This document shows, in pieces, positions 9,022 through 24,500 of a DNA stretch of 64,000 nt (position 1 is its first letter; every line of letters begins with the position of its first letter). Source of the stretch: Leptogorgia sarmentosa (taxonomy: Eukaryota). The notes below the pieces were generated by a model. The model worked only from the letters and a program-made list of their open reading frames with translations, was not told the DNA's origin and made no database searches. Both the position numbers and the translations under genes were made by a program. The DNA is taken from the NCBI GenBank assembly GCA_964658305.1, contig OZ210884.1, positions 620,001-684,000 of the forward strand, written 5' to 3'.

Positions 9022-12000
9022 TTAGTTCTCACTTGAGTCAGACAAAGAATCTTCGCCGTTTTCTGAGAGATTTACTCTAGTTTTCCCCCCGAATTTGTAT
9101 ATGAGACGGGCGTTTGGAACCCGTTCTAATATATCTTTTTCATAGTAATATCTTAAAGCCCGGCTCATTTTCTCATAAGTCATATTCTTTCTGTTTTTTC
9201 GTTGTCCCCAAAGTTTGGCAACTCCGCTAGAATTGACGAGCTGGAAAATTCCCTCTCTTTTGCTGATCCATTTAATATAGCTCTTATTTTCTTCGCTATT
9301 GTTTAGCATCTCTTTCAGGAATTCCCACAAGTGAATCGAACGATTCCCTAGAAAGACGTTAGAAAAGATTAGACCAGAGAACAGGAGAAAGCAACAACAA
9401 CGAAAAATGATTAAAAATACCCGCTTTTACCTCGATTTTTATTTCTAGCACGGCGTTTTTTCAGGGCAGTCTGTTTACGCCGGTTTTGACCAGTCTGTTT
9501 CGTAGTTTCGCCATCAACTATAGCAACAAAACAGATCTTATAGCGATGTCCCTATACGTACAGCCCTAACGCGTAGCTACTTATGCAAGGAAATTAGATG
9601 CGCTTGTTAAATTTTAAGAGGATAATTTTTTCTATGTCGCGTATTTTCGACGAAATGTGTTCAAAACCCGAAATCTTTTTGGCGTTCCACTCAAAATCAA
9701 ATTACTCTATGATTATTGTCTTGACAAAACAGTTCGCTATCTTCGAAACTATGTCTGCATGGGTATTGAGAAACTAAAAGGAATATGAAAATTATGAGCA
9801 CCAATGTTGGTATAACCGGCGCAACATGAACGAAGCCTTGATTTCAACATTAAATGCAAGATTTCAAACGTAATTTTCTCTTTGGCGTACACTCCAAAAT
9901 CTTTTTATTTTCGTTTTATATCATTAATTATGAATTCATAAAGCTTTTTAAGTGAGTCTGCCGACTGAGAAACCTCAAAATTTGAAATTTATATTTCGAC
10001 GAATTTGAGTTTTGAGCGCGAGATACGTGACATACAGAAAATCTTCGTCTTAATAATTGAAAGGAATTTATTTATATACAGTATATTCATATATATTCAT
10101 GTGGTCGTGTAACCACTCCTTACCACTTTCTTGACGTAGCGTAGGCGTGGGTGGTGGCTCGGTAGCCTCTTGTGAAACTGTTTGAATTCGATCTAAATAT
10201 CACGACAAACAAGTCACGTCTGAGATGTTAATGAAAGTATTGCAAATATCAGTATAGCGAAGCCAAGCCTGACAGTTACATTCGCGCTATAGAGATTGGA
10301 CTAAATCATTATCATCGACTAAATCAATTGTTCTTTTGCACGCTTCGTAGCACACAGAATAATCAGTTACATTGCATGACAAAATTGTGAGGCTGGGTTC
10401 ATTGAGTGACGTGCGATGCATGGTATATATTTTCATTATATATTGGCTTTTTTCCATGCAGTAGTTATCATTAAGATTTTATAGGTAGTAGTCGTAGATT
10501 GACTGATTGAAATTTGCAACGCTATCGAACATTATTGATGACTAATGTAATGAACATGAAATTTCTGCAGATACTTCACAGCACCACTTTGACAGAAACG
10601 AAAAAAGTCTATGACGTCCGAGCTATTTGAGCGACAGCACTTAGGCTAAAGTTTATAGGCTAAGTTTCAACTATTATCTTCTGAAGTTTTGTCAAAATTC
10701 ACTCGTGCATGATTTTTCTATAGTGTTATAGAAACACGGTTTTTTTGAGCTCTCGACCAATCAACGCCCATGTTTTTAAAAGGCTATTTTATAAATACAA
10801 ATATAAATCTTTAGAGCAGACAAATTGTCAAATGTCAGTTATTTTGCCAAACAAAGTACGTAATTGTACATGCTCACCTTGACTTGTATAACTCGCGAAC
10901 TCAAACATGGATAAATCTTGGACTAAAATAAGAAAAACATGTTTTATGAAGATGACACAGGTACGTCTATACTGTCTGACATTAGCCGGAGGAGGAATGC
11001 CCTTAGTTATAACTGCGGAAATCCTATCTACACTACACACAACATAACGATGTGGCCACAAGCAATTAAGATGGATGGCGGAGCGCCCCCTATACGCGAC
11101 ATTTAACGTAAGGGTATTTCTCGAACAGTTTTCATAAAATGAATACATTCACTGGAAAGTGATGGGCCAGTTTTGTCTAGCGGATACTATTCTGCACCCT
11201 TCCTTTGCCCCACGTCGCTGTTAAGAGTAATTCTTAGCCAAAGTTAGACAATAAATCCTTGTTGTATCATTCACATGAACATGCAATGATATATTCATGA
11301 TTTCATTATAACAACTGCCTGGTATTCAAGTTCAAAATTTTTTGGTCAGTTCCATGTTTTTCCCCCGAGTGCAGTATCACTTGGTTTTAGGTTTGCTTTG
11401 TCCAATATGTGTTTGTACAGTACCATTACTACATAATGTGTGGCCAGAACAGACTGACTTAAGTTACGCCACATATTTGAAAAATGTACATGTATTTATT
11501 ACCCAATTCCGAATCGAGCAGAGAACTGGGTCTAGTCGCTTGTTCTGGAAGGATCTGGAAGGACAAACGTCAACTAGACCCAGTCCTTTGCTCGACTGGG
11601 AAATAACAATAAGATTTAATGTCAATTACTCACCGTCTTCTCCTCCGGGATCGGGTAAAACCTGCTCCAGAAGGTCCGAATCAGACATCCCCATCAATGA
11701 CATCAAATCGATATCCAACTCGTCGTCGTTGTTAATATCTCTCTCAACGACATACTCCAAAGAGTTATCGACACGCTGGTTTAAATGAAAACAACTTCAT
11801 CAGCATTGAACTAAAATCTCCCTTAAGTACAGCGCTGTTTCTGGTCACTTTAACCAGAGGAAATAGCAATAAAAAATAAGTTTCATTCATTTCCTTCGAT
11901 TCGATATATTCTGAAATCTCCTATACATTTTTTGTACCGTTCTTTGTAATGATTGAAATCTTCAAGTATTCCGTCATCCTGGCCGCATATATCCATCAAT

Positions 12001-12521
12001 GGATTGTGTGACGTTATAACCTTGATGATTTTATTTTTTCACGCGGGCAGTAAGCTGATGCCGTTCAATGAAATCGCAAATATCACAATAATCAGGATTG
12101 TCTCGAAGAAGTTTTGGAAACGATCCCCAACGGGCAACGACAGACAGACAATTTGGTTATATTTAAGGAATAGAAAACATTTTCCATGTTTACACGAGTG
12201 CAAGTTTGGGAGAACGAGAAATGTGTGGATAAAATAAAATAACACAATGACAAAAGCGGAATAACGGAATAGCGAGAAGCAGCGGGAAATAGCTGTGTTT
12301 ACATAATGTCGCATCAACACGGTTGTTAGCCAATCAAGCGCACGCAGTCATTTTCACTTACTCCCGGTTATTTTATAAATGTTATGTTTATTTAAGTAGG
12401 TCTATTTCTTGGGTAAGAATGAATTAAATCGACTTACCGAATAGTCCAAGAAACTGCTTAAAGGCAGATCTGATGAACTGTAAGCTGGTGAAAATGGTTT
12501 CATGGCACTACCAATGGTTGA
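9022..12521 (-). CDS. ETS-domain transcription factor, ELF/ESE (EHF/ELF-like) type
   Basis: Exons (minus) 12438-12521, 11634-11775, 10124-10192, 9431-9517, 9022-9347, all GT-AG and phase-consistent. First in-frame ATG seen at 12501-12503 gives 229 aa; the true start may lie in an upstream exon. ETS domain HLWEFL...WISKREGIF.LV...VAKLWGQRKNRKNMTYEKMSRALRYYY..ILERV...RLIYKFG. Confidence 0.9.
9618..10049. mobile_element. TTAA-flanked non-autonomous DNA element (Kolobok/piggyBac-like), copy 1, in an ETS intron
   Basis: TTAA at 9614-17 and 10050-53; short imperfect TIR; homologous over its whole length to 34094-34519. Confidence 0.7.
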
Positions 12522-15500
12522 CTACAGAGAAGAGGACATTAGATTTTATTAGCTGATTATTTCAATAAGTTCTTCATGCTGGAAACAAATTTTCACCAAT
12601 GAATTTAGAAGTTTTTGTCAAGACAAAATTAAACTTTGCGTACATGCTATATTTGTCGGCTTTTTTAACCGCAAACACTTTATTCCTTCCATACATATCA
12701 TAAATACACCAACAATCCAACATATGGAATACAAAACAATAGATACAGCGAAAACAGAGAACATTTTGAGAATTCGTTTCAATACTTGGACTATACTATA
12801 ATCATCATCAGGCAATAAATGACGATATTGTGAATTACATAGTGAACTATAATTAGTCGAATATTGATAGATCTTTACATTACCATGATTGTGAGTAAGT
12901 AGCGTACCGGTTTCATTTTGTTATAGGAATTTTATATATTCCGTTCATCGGTCATTTTAGTATCAATAAATACTCACTGTTATGTGTAAAAGTAATGTGT
13001 TACTTTGGTGTTAGTACTATGTGATTGAGTAAGTGTTAATAAGCATTATATATTCACGAATTGTCACAAGATACATTCCAGACATGAAATGTTTAATAAG
13101 TTTTCAATGGAACAGTGTTTGAAGCGAGAGATGAAGTAATTAGCATCAAGAATTCGCCGTGAGGCATGGGCTGGTTGCTCAAAGCTAAGCTTCGTTGGTT
13201 AAAATTTAAGCCAGTGTTTTATTTCTGCACCTATAGGAGTTTATACTGTAGAAAAACTTGCTCAACCTCTGGAAGAGCCTGGGAACGAAGTTAAAATTTA
13301 CTGTAGGTTTTACGTAGAAGCTGAAGATGAATTTACAAGAATATTACTAATAATTTGATTATTCATATCAGTGTATCCATTGTTTGTATTTATTAAAATA
13401 CTCATTGGTTCCCGTAATTTACCAGATAGCGCGAAAAAATTCAAAGCTAAATGGATTTATGCCAAAATTGAGAGCCGTTTCGGTTCAAGATTGGATATAT
13501 TGACAAGAAGCAGTAGTTTCTGGATTATTTATTAATATTATTATTAATTATTCCAGTTTCTGGAATAATTGCCGTTTGGCGGCTTCCACTTCAAAGCATT
13601 CTTACAACTGACAATAATAAACAAGCTATTAAGGCCTATACAAATATTATTCGTATCGACAAGCTGCCGTCAAGTTTAGGTTTCCCGGCTGTACCGCTGT
13701 AGTGATTGGTCAATAGTTTTGTATAACAAATAAATACTGTCACTTAAAAATTGTTCGTGTAAAAAGGGGTTTATGAGGTTTACGAACCATCACTGCCTTG
13801 AAGTGCCTTCCTACAATCCATCAACACCACGTACATTTATATCCAGGGTAACATTCATATCGATAACTTTCATTATCAACTTCATACTAATCCAGGATGC
13901 CAATGTCACCGAAATGTTTTTCAGTGGCACCCTGCAAAACTGACCCTTTATATTCAGATTAGCCACGAACTTATTCCTTGAAATTGCAATTTGCAATTCT
14001 CATGTGTAAATTGCGTTATTTTGTCTTTCCAATGAACTGACACCGGTGAAAGTCGTAAATATGCATCAGTGTAAAATTCTAAATCTTCACTACAAATCCT
14101 CGCCCGATTAGATGCATTTTTGTTCCACAGCCACAGGGTATCAGGATTATGCTTTAGACTAATTAGTGTTCCACTTATTTAATATGCTTCGTATAGCCAT
14201 CAGATATTTGAGCAATTTTAATATCGAAGGTGTTAACCCGGCCTGTGTATAATCAATAACTATGAATGTATCGTATGAATTTATGCCTGGTTTGGTAACA
14301 ATAATTAATAATTCATTTCCATGCAGTATGTCAAAACAACTTGCTTACAAGGTATATAAATAATACCGTATTAGCTATAACAAATACAGCGAATAATCTC
14401 TCTATAAGCAGGTTTCCAACTTATTAAATTCTACATTCTTTCTGAATGACTGAAGAACGTGTCTCAACACGATCGCATATATACATAGCTACGTGCAGTC
14501 GCAATGATGAATCATGCAAGCATACACGACACTACATAAGCAACTCAGCTAGTGAGATCTCACCTATAAGAGAACTATAACTCTCATCATATATGAGCAT
14601 AAACATTGTTCATTGCATAATGTATTTCAGTATATGCAGCAAGGTCTTAGATCCAGCCCTTCGTGTACGGCTCATATTAATAACTAGCAACATGAAGTCC
14701 AACAAAACGAAAAAGATCACAGATATGGCATATTATAGCTATATGTATAGATTCCTGCCGATCGACCTATATAATTGAAAATTTATTCTTGACTTTTCCT
14801 GGTTGGAATTCCAACATCTGTATAATTTTCATTCAAGATTGAGACACATCAACCCAAGTAACCTATGAGAATGTCAGAGCCTCTGAGCAAGCAGGTCGTT
14901 CATTCGAAAACTAAATAATAATTGAACATACATAAAGTAACTAATACCCGAACAAGTTAGGGTATTGTTGGCCTAAAATATACTACACAAATATTATTTG
15001 CATGTTCAACTCGCTGCTCAAAGACCACAGTGTAGCGTTATATCGTGCAATGAATCTTCAATTTTAAGCTTGAAACAATTACCCAAAATTGCAACTGTAA
15101 TCCTGACATATCATCATGCAGGCCAGTATGATTCTAATCCACATGAAATTCATATTCACATGAAACTATTTTCTAAATTCAGATATAATTTCCAGGGGTG
15201 AATGAAAACACTTTAGGATTACGAGCATAATTAGTCTATAACATTATGACTCTAGTTTCGTAGATAAAGAGCCTTTATATAAATGATGCAAACTGATAGA
15301 CTCAGCAAATCAATAAATTATTCCACTCTCCGAAACTATGTTGTACGCTGCTGAATGCTTAGGCCGTTCATGCTCCAACATAACTGAAAACGAAATATGC
15401 AGCAGCAATATTGCAAAATTCAGTGGTATTGCTCAGTAACGGCGTACGGAAATTTAACAACTCCCATGCAGTGCATAACCTGTATACGGATTACCAGTCT

Positions 15501-18500
15501 GTATAGTCAAACATTCTTTCCCATAGCTTACATTAGTTTGTATTCAATTAGATTATAGTAATTTTTATTGTAACCAAACGTGGCGAGGAGCAATAATCAG
15601 TTCAATAAAATAATATTCCAATAAACATATACTTACGTCCCAGTTATATTTTCAGCCTCGAAGAAATACAATCAAAATAACAATCCTGCAACATCAATGC
15701 TATTAATCGGCTGACGAAGCAGTACACAATCATGCACCTGTGCTGACAGGCGAATATATACGTGTATGTTTACGCAGACGCTGCTTTAACGATACTTAGA
15801 GTGCGTTGTAGCGCTGTTCCAGCAGCGATACGCAACAGTACGTTTGTCATCCGGTGTCACCAGGGGGTACTGCAACTGACACTTCAGTCGCGTTTCGAAT
15901 ATCACATATCAAATTTTGATACTTTCAGATTTAGTTGTCGGCGCGAAATTTATAGCAACTTTGTTGTGCAGACAAGGTCTAGCTTGGCCGATAATGCCCG
16001 CCCTGTAAAATACATTCTCACCAAAAATTTATCATTTCACCAACTATTTGCAACTAATGCCAACATTATGTGCATACAATGAAAATACATGAGAACATAC
16101 CTATAGATATACCAAAATCTGAGAAATTTCCTGCCAGACTTTCGAACTGATTTGTTTTCAATCTATGTTAAGCGAATTGCTCAAATGTATGTCATCAGCT
16201 TTGCAAGAGATGTCAATGTTTGCATGTGTGCTTTCGATACTAAACTAATCAGTGTTACAATGCCTCTCTCGTGATATATCCTTTTGTATTCCCCTGTAAT
16301 GTTTGGACCGGATGCAAATTCCAAAGCGGCTAAAACAATCAGGAAAGGTCGAGAGGCCAATAACAATTTGGGTTCGAGTGCTTAATTAAACCGTGAAAAT
16401 ATTCCGCCTAAAACAATGATTCGAAACTAGCAATTTGCGTGTATGTGATGGCTTCCAGAGTTGTCACAGTCACAAGATTGTAAACAATAATAGCTACAAA
16501 CAACCCTACATTTACAACGTTGGTTTTACGAACTGAAAGGCGGTCAGCCGTCTGTTTTATTGTGAATAAAATTGTCATTTATAGCTATAGGTATTCAGAA
16601 AATTATTCGACCGAGATCAAACTGTTGATGTTTCGAATCGAAAGCTCAAGAGTCAAGTGTATTTTTATAAATTCAGATCTAATTAAAACGGAATGCATTC
16701 AGATGCCTGAATGTAGGCTATACTGATAGGATGCCTATAGTTATAACAAACACTGCAACTCGGCGTTCATATAGCTACCGTAATACACAAGTGACAACGC
16801 TTGGATTGTTATCTATAGATAGTTAAACTACATAAATATATAGCTAACTACGACACCAATTTGGTTAACGAAATGCTAAAAAAATGGTCGATACCATGCA
16901 CGATTGCATGAAGTGGATAGATTGGATAATGAAATATCAACTGTCTAATTCTGCGCTGAGGTTATTATGTAGATGTTCCGACAGAAGTAATTCACAAATC
17001 GTTCCGATACGCCAATAGTTCGCCTTTCTGGCTCTTCTTAGGCCAGTTTGAAATATGTGTGTCGAATAAGTGTAGTTGAATCGTTAGGGGAAATACATCA
17101 AAAGGTTAATTATATTACTTGAACAACATGCTAAAATGAATTTAAGGCTTCCTATAAGCCTTCTCAGGAACCAAGTCTCGGGAGTCCGTACTGCATGCAT
17201 GGTTATCTTGTGGCCTCGAAAGCTTATCTATCATGCAGGTCAATTCACTGCTCGTATATTGGTGCATGCGCACAAGAGAAAATCCTGGAAACAGACGAGC
17301 ACTACAATCGCGTTACACAAATGGCCATGACCAGAAATTTCACAAAGCTGCTGGCACCAAGATATGAAAAGTTGCATATTTCATGTTCGTGTTTCACTAA
17401 AGATAGTTCACCAGCTATGATTGGAGAAAAACTTGCATGGACAATAAAATGAGAAGGTGAGTAGCTATCAATAACGAAATGAATAATTAAAATTGATCGA
17501 AACAAACTGTTAATTTTCTCCTACGTACATCTGTCTGGATAAGTCGATTGTTTCATAAAAGAACTCCCTTGCAGTTATACTAGCTTATATATGTATTTGA
17601 AATAAATTGTTATTAAAAGTTCGATTCACGAAATTCTTGTAGACAGTATGAACTTTGCTCATGCATTGGACCTAAACGACGAAAATAGTAATCGCCGTTT
17701 TGATCAAAACCAAGGCCCTCCTTCATTGAATGGAAGTGCATCGTAGCTTCAACTTTCAAACATGGATGTATGCATGGACTTCAAGTGAGCAAATTAGTTT
17801 TATAAAAAAATTGTGAGTGGAATATCAAAAGTGTTACTGGCTAATTTCTGATTTCTTTTTGTTTCGAAGCCGCGGTAGCCGGATTTGTTATTACAGCGAA
17901 CTTTAGATAACCTGTTCTAATTCCCACATTCTTAGATGAGGAAGGAATTTTACCAACTACCGTAGCTACCCATTGGCTTTTTTTCAGTTGAATTTGTTCA
18001 CGAGACTTGCCCGGCATTCCGGAACAATGAGCGTATTGGCATGAAACTCGATACACGTGTAAAAGACACACCCATGGACACATGGCATGGCATGTCTTGT
18101 CAGGAACTAGAAGATCCGGCACACCACAATTTTCCCCCAAATTTGAGCTTTTCACAAAGGTGGTCTTTCATTGGTGGAGGCGAGTTCCTCCTTGCCCCCT
18201 CCCCCTGGCTACGCCACTGATTAACCTTTATTGAATGATCTGTAGACATAATCATGAATTATTAGACAACAGTACTTTGCCGAACGTCTGAAATATTTCC
18301 ATGAGTTCTACTTATACCTAGAATCGAGTGCTTTCATGTATGGTAACTGTGAGTTTTCTTGAACGAAAATTCACATATTTTGCTACTCGCTATCTATCGA
18401 GGAATAGATAGCGAGTAGAGTAGCCAATCAAATTGCAGCATTTGCAATAGTATACGAGTATGATTCTACTATGATTTTTTTTAAAAATGTTTAATTTAAT

Positions 18501-18504
18501 AAAC

Positions 18505-18533
18505 GACGTTTCGGAGATTTACTCCATCTTCAG
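18505..18533 (-). ncRNA. Minimal hammerhead ribozyme core (Penelope-like element remnant)
   Basis: Minus strand CUGAAGA-U-GGAG-UAAAU-CUCC-GAAA-C-GUC followed by an AU-rich tail with AUUAAA; helix I only ~2 bp. Confidence 0.6.
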
Positions 18534-21500
18534 GTAGCTAGTTAATAATATTGCAATTAGCTACAATTATTATTATTATATTGTATGAATAGTATGCGTA
18601 TGATGACATTGAAGATCTTACCGTGTCCATGTGCGAATAATTAAATTATCAGTGACAGTGATCGACGTTCGATGATGTATATACAGAGGTGCATTGCTTT
18701 TAGCTCTTATTCATTCATTGAGCTGAAATCCGCAGCGCGTGGTGGAGCTGCATGGCTCCATTGTGATACTTAAACTCTCTTTTATCGATTTGCAAAATAT
18801 ATCATGCATTAACTTTCACTTTCCAAAAGTTCAACTTAATAAAGACTCTTTTCAGTCTTTTGAAGTGAAATTGTCCGAAGAATATACCTAGCTATAAAAT
18901 TGACGTAACACTTATTTGAAATATAGCTATATAAACAGCTAATTCAATTGAGGTTGTCCCGTGAAAGTCAAAACTCAAATCTTCAAAACCTCGAACTTCA
19001 AGGTCGAACAGCTTGTTGGGAATCTTGAAATCTAATTATTTCCATGCTCATTTTCTTTGCATATTATTGTTATTCTAGTATCAACGGCGACTGTTTTCGA
19101 TTTTCTAGGTTGAAAGTGGTCAGTGAACAAGAAATGAAAACGGCCCAGTTTTTGGAGCTCAAAGCTCTTAGTTTTTAATTTCGAGAACAACCTTGACTGA
19201 ATTAACTGTATTAATGCATTAACGACTAACGACTTGAATACTACAGGGTGAGTCAGAACTGAAAAACTGACACCTTCCATATTTGAACTAGCCGCGAACT
19301 TAGTTTTGGAATTCAGTTGATTATTTGAGTTCACCAATTTGATGATGAAGTTACACGAGTCCCACACGACTGAATAATAAAACCACAGATGTCCATGACA
19401 ATTTTTAAATATATATAAATTATTATTATATATTCGCCTCATTCAGTTTTCTGTATACTGCAACTGTGCAACATATCTAAGCAGCAAGAAGGCCTCTACC
19501 TCTACGTTCACAAATTCTCATCCAAAGTTTTGAGGACTGAGGTCGTGTTTCCATAATTTTCTCCTGTGTTTCCACTTAAAAATCCATACATTGATGAAAC
19601 TCATGTTCTATTTACTTGAAACTATTTCTTCAAAGATAACTTGACAAAACACACTTCCTAACATGCAGAGGGTAAGCAAAACGGGAATAGAAGTTTTTTG
19701 TGCAAAACATTCCACCCAAAATGTTTTAGAACGACAAATTTTGATTCCGTGACTTCCGTCAGTTTTCAATATGTGTTCGAAATTTCCTGGCAAATTCCAA
19801 AATAGACTAATAGACAAACAATAAACAATGCTGGTGTCAGTGGTGTCAGAAGAGTGGTGGTGAGCACATGTGTAAGCCGGGTGGAGTGAACGCCTGAGCA
19901 GGCGTCTTGTTTGAATATCAAAGGTGTCAGTGTTTTCTGACTATTGCATCTATTGACTATGAGTTGATGAACAACAAAGTTTATATTATGATATATATAT
20001 ACATTACATACATATTGCTTGTTATATACCTCGCTCGTGAAACAAAACACGTTTAACTACCTGCAACAATACTTGTTACCGTTTAGCGTAGTCATCCACA
20101 GCAAAGTATAAGACACGTGACACCGTCGACCTAATCCTAACCCTTACAAACACCGTTAGAGTGCTTCTGTCTCTACTACTACTCTATATAATTCATGCAC
20201 AACTAAGTAGAAATTAAACTCGAAATTTTGCGGTCAAGCGCATGGAAAATACGAAAGTATAGCTGCAATTAACACCGCCGTTCAACTCAACAAAAGCGGA
20301 ATTATGTTAACAAAGGTAACAATATAAACTTTCAGTTTCAGAGCAGCGAATATATATCAAGTGCAAACTCAACGATATAGGCGTGAACGTTTGTTCTCTT
20401 TTTGGCTGCGGGGTTTTCCGCTTTCCTTTTCGCCCAATAAGCAATACGAGTTTTTACCGATGTCTTATGCCGCTATCTCCATACATGGTATCACCTACAA
20501 CTGACGTTTATTCACAATTCATTCATAGAAAGTACACATACGAGTGGCTTAGTTCGCCACGACTGATAGTATTTACTTAATAATTGGGTTGATCCACTTC
20601 AACATCCTTTGCAACATCCTTTGCAAGGACTTAATTATAGTGGGGATATCCCCTAGGGCTAAGTAACAAATTATTCGGAACCTGTCTGGTTTCGGAACGG
20701 ATGGGAGCTGCATTTATATTAGTCGACAAGCCAATACAGCCAAGGTGTATCAAAGAGTTTTGTTTCTTTATGAATGAAGCGCTCATGATGTATACAATTT
20801 CTGACCAGCGATATTTATCAATCCTTGTCGCCTTAATCGACATGCTTTTGTTCATATAGTAAATTCTTTCCAAAACATCGTTCTCAAATAAGACAAAAGA
20901 TGGGGACGTAATATGCATTCATGTTTCATTTTGTTGAAAAAAATGAAATAAATAGAACAGCCATTATTGAAACCAAACACAGTTTGTGCAGGAATTCAGG
21001 CAACAGATAAGGAGCCAGATCGAATTGCGCTTCAAGTCACTTGCCCAACAGTCAGTGTCATTTTCACCTCTTGAATATTGCCAGTTTTTGATAAATAACT
21101 AATAAGTAACTTGAGTTATTCAGTCAAATTCAAGTCCCGGATGCATGCTGAGCCAATCCGCCCACCATGCAACAGCATCAATTTGATGCAACTAGTCGAA
21201 GGACGCACATTACGGGGGGGAGGGGGGGGGAGGGGGTGTGACATCCCGAGCTTTACAAACATCGGAGAAAGTCGGTCGCATTTCATTCAAAACTGTGAAA
21301 TAAGTTGGCCACACACGTCGAGTCGCTGAAGAAATGGAGTATTTGAGCAAACTATTAAATAAGAGATTACTTGCGAACGACCTATTTTGGCTTAAAAACT
21401 AGTGAATGTGTGAACATTCATATCACAGAGTACATCATGCAGAATACAGAGAGCTCACTCGACGACAAAAGCGTAACGTGGCCTTTAATGCGCATTGCTG

Positions 21501-24500
21501 CTGCGCATAATATTCCGGGGGGAATCATAAATTCCAGAAGTTGAAAAATGTGTTTTGAAAAACAAAAACTGGACATACCATGTGTTGTCTTTTCATCAAA
21601 CATACAAAAGGCCACAGCCTTTCGCCTAACAACGCTGCAATTTTAAATGTTGGGTGCAACTTGCTGGGAATTAAAGCCGTTACAGCAAAATCATCAGCAT
21701 TGACGTGTTCAGCATGTTCTGGTGCTCTCAATAGCCAATTTCGCAAACCCTAAACACTCTATGCCCGCTCTATGAATAAATTGTCTTATCCACGCTTGGG
21801 ACCGACATAAACCGTCCACACCAAACGCTTCGTGCAACGGCAATAATAATTTATCATATAAACCTATGCATTCATACCCAGTCCCTTTCTCATACTTACT
21901 TGACAGTACAACTGTTGACCATGGAGGTGACGATTTGCAAATCCATGAAAGTTTTGTTCATACGAGTTCGAATACAACCAGGCGTTGCTGCTGTTTGCCA
22001 TGATATTGTTCTCTCCGTGCGTAAATTCAACAATTTTTTGTAATCCTGGTAAAGTAAAAACAACAGATCTACATTTGCTACGATGGAACAATTATTCGCT
22101 AATTCTTTAATGGACATTTTAGTGATGCATAATCTTTGATTTGCTCAAACCAGGGGTTGTTTTGATTTTTTACCCGAAGATCGTATCCGGATTCGTTTGT
22201 TCTGCAACCGACTGCATAATTGCAAAATTCGGAGCAAAATTTGGAGTATCATCGTAAAGTTAGCGGTTAGCCAGTAAAATGAAAAGTAAAATTGGTTGGA
22301 AAATAACATGTTAAGAATATATAACGTTGTGAATTTTGAACATGGAATCTCAAATACAATAAGTATTATAGTGATGCGGCTTTCGATGGAAATGGAAAAT
22401 TTACCTTATTAAATTTTGTTCAGTCATGCAAGAAGATTTAACAAAATAGCTCCAATAATTTGCGAAATGTTGCAAAATATGGAAAATCATATAGCCTTGC
22501 GAAGTTTTGGGAATTTTACAGATCTTGAATGTTGTATTACACGCAATACAAAAACGATAACAAAAAAACAACATTTTGTTCTTGCTTCTTGGCAAGATAA
22601 ATGCCTATACTCTAATTTTAGCCAATCAGGGTGAAGCAGTTTTCGCCCTCAATTAGGAAAGAACACTTTTCTCAGTAACCAATCATAGTCTAGTAACTTC
22701 CATCTCCATATGATGGTTCATAATAGAAGTTGACCTTGTTAGGAGAAATATATTCACACCACACATACTTCAAGGACATTTAGCTTCTCCGTCTGTGCGT
22801 ATAGCATTCCTTTAAACCGCTCGTCTCCTGCGCCAGTTTTGGCGCCAGAGATTCATTTTTTACACAAATTGTAGAATGTAGATCAATTGTTTGTACAATT
22901 AAAATAAGGCAGGGTTAAAGCGAAACTTTATCAGTTATTCATATATCATTGAAGAATGAGTGAATGACAGGTGAGCATAAATAACCAACTGAAATACCGC
23001 GGGAATTTGATGTTTTCCTTGGTGTTCCGTGTTCATGCACGATAGTAAAGTACTGATTGCGTATAACTATGTTTACATTTTAATAAATTACCAGAAAAAA
23101 TGCCGACTCTATTTGAGTCAATCATGAACCCATTGCTAACCTGACTTTTGAAGTTTTTTATTCGCGTATAGACATGGATATTAGACGACAAGTCTTAGGT
23201 ACTATCTCAAAAACACAAAAGTAACAATATTACCTCTGGTGGCTGAAAGAAACATTAATACAGCACACAGGCCTAGGACCAAATTATTTCAAATGCAAAA
23301 CAAATTCCCTATCCAACATTTTGCAAGAATTTGCCATTACTACCCAGGGACAGGGGGTTCGAGTTTGTTTGTGGCTTGTTCAGCCTAACGACAGATAAAT
23401 TGAATTTCAATTCTCCCATCCATCTTGTGAATAACTGAATCAAAATAAATTTGAAAGGCTGAACGGTTTAGTTGTACATAAGTATTCTTGACAGATACCG
23501 ACCGCTGATGAAGATCTCGTTTTCTTTTGACACTTTCTTATTTCGGAAATGTTGAAAAATGTTTCAAGTGGCAGTTTGATTTTTAATCAAAACAAAATCA
23601 CTTTCTTGGAAAATGAAAGTCAAAAACCTTACAAAATGACATTTCAAACCTACGGGCTCATCTCACGCATGTCATGTGTGCGAACGCAAAACTCGTCAAA
23701 CCTTCATGACGTACAGATGTGACTTTTGAGGCATTCATGGCTATGCTTTACTTTTAGCGGGTGCATAAAGAGGCGAATAAAGCACCCTTAATCTCCCCCT
23801 TAATTAGCGCAATTTCCATTTCAAGTGTATCGTGGTGTGCCAAAACAACTGCTGATCGGTAATACTTCCGTATGTAGTGCTGCCCAGTAGATGATTTCGC
23901 GACGAAGATTTCATAATAGTGATACGATATGTGAACTCGAATTAATAAATCTTTTCTCAATTTACACGTGCCTAGCTTGTGCATAACACTACAATATAAA
24001 GTAAAAAACAACCTTAAGCTTCAAGGAAAAGGCTGGCTTTTCTCAGAAGGCAAAACAGTGTGACTGAAGAATCATGCAATGGTTTGGAGCGGACATATTA
24101 GCCCACGCTAGGCGCACCTATTTTTTTACTATAATTATAATCATAATTGAAATATTGTATTATATTGCTGATATTGCGGAGATTTTGAAAGAGCGACATC
24201 CTTATTATGTTAGCCCCTTGTGTAACCATGGATACATAACACTGCATATAACAAAAGTCGTAAAGGTTCAATGACATCACCAAATTTAAAATAGTTGCAC
24301 AAAACAATTTACCAAAAAAGAGATTATTATAAGGACTACTACATTATAAATCTCGCTTATTGTGATTTAATAAAGCGCTCAAAACTAAAAATAATTCCGT
24401 GATCATAACCAAGCCTTTTTTAGCTGTTTTTGTAAACGTTTTAAAATTCTTCTACATAATAAAAGTGAACTTTGGGAATCGTTTTCGTTTGGAAATAACT

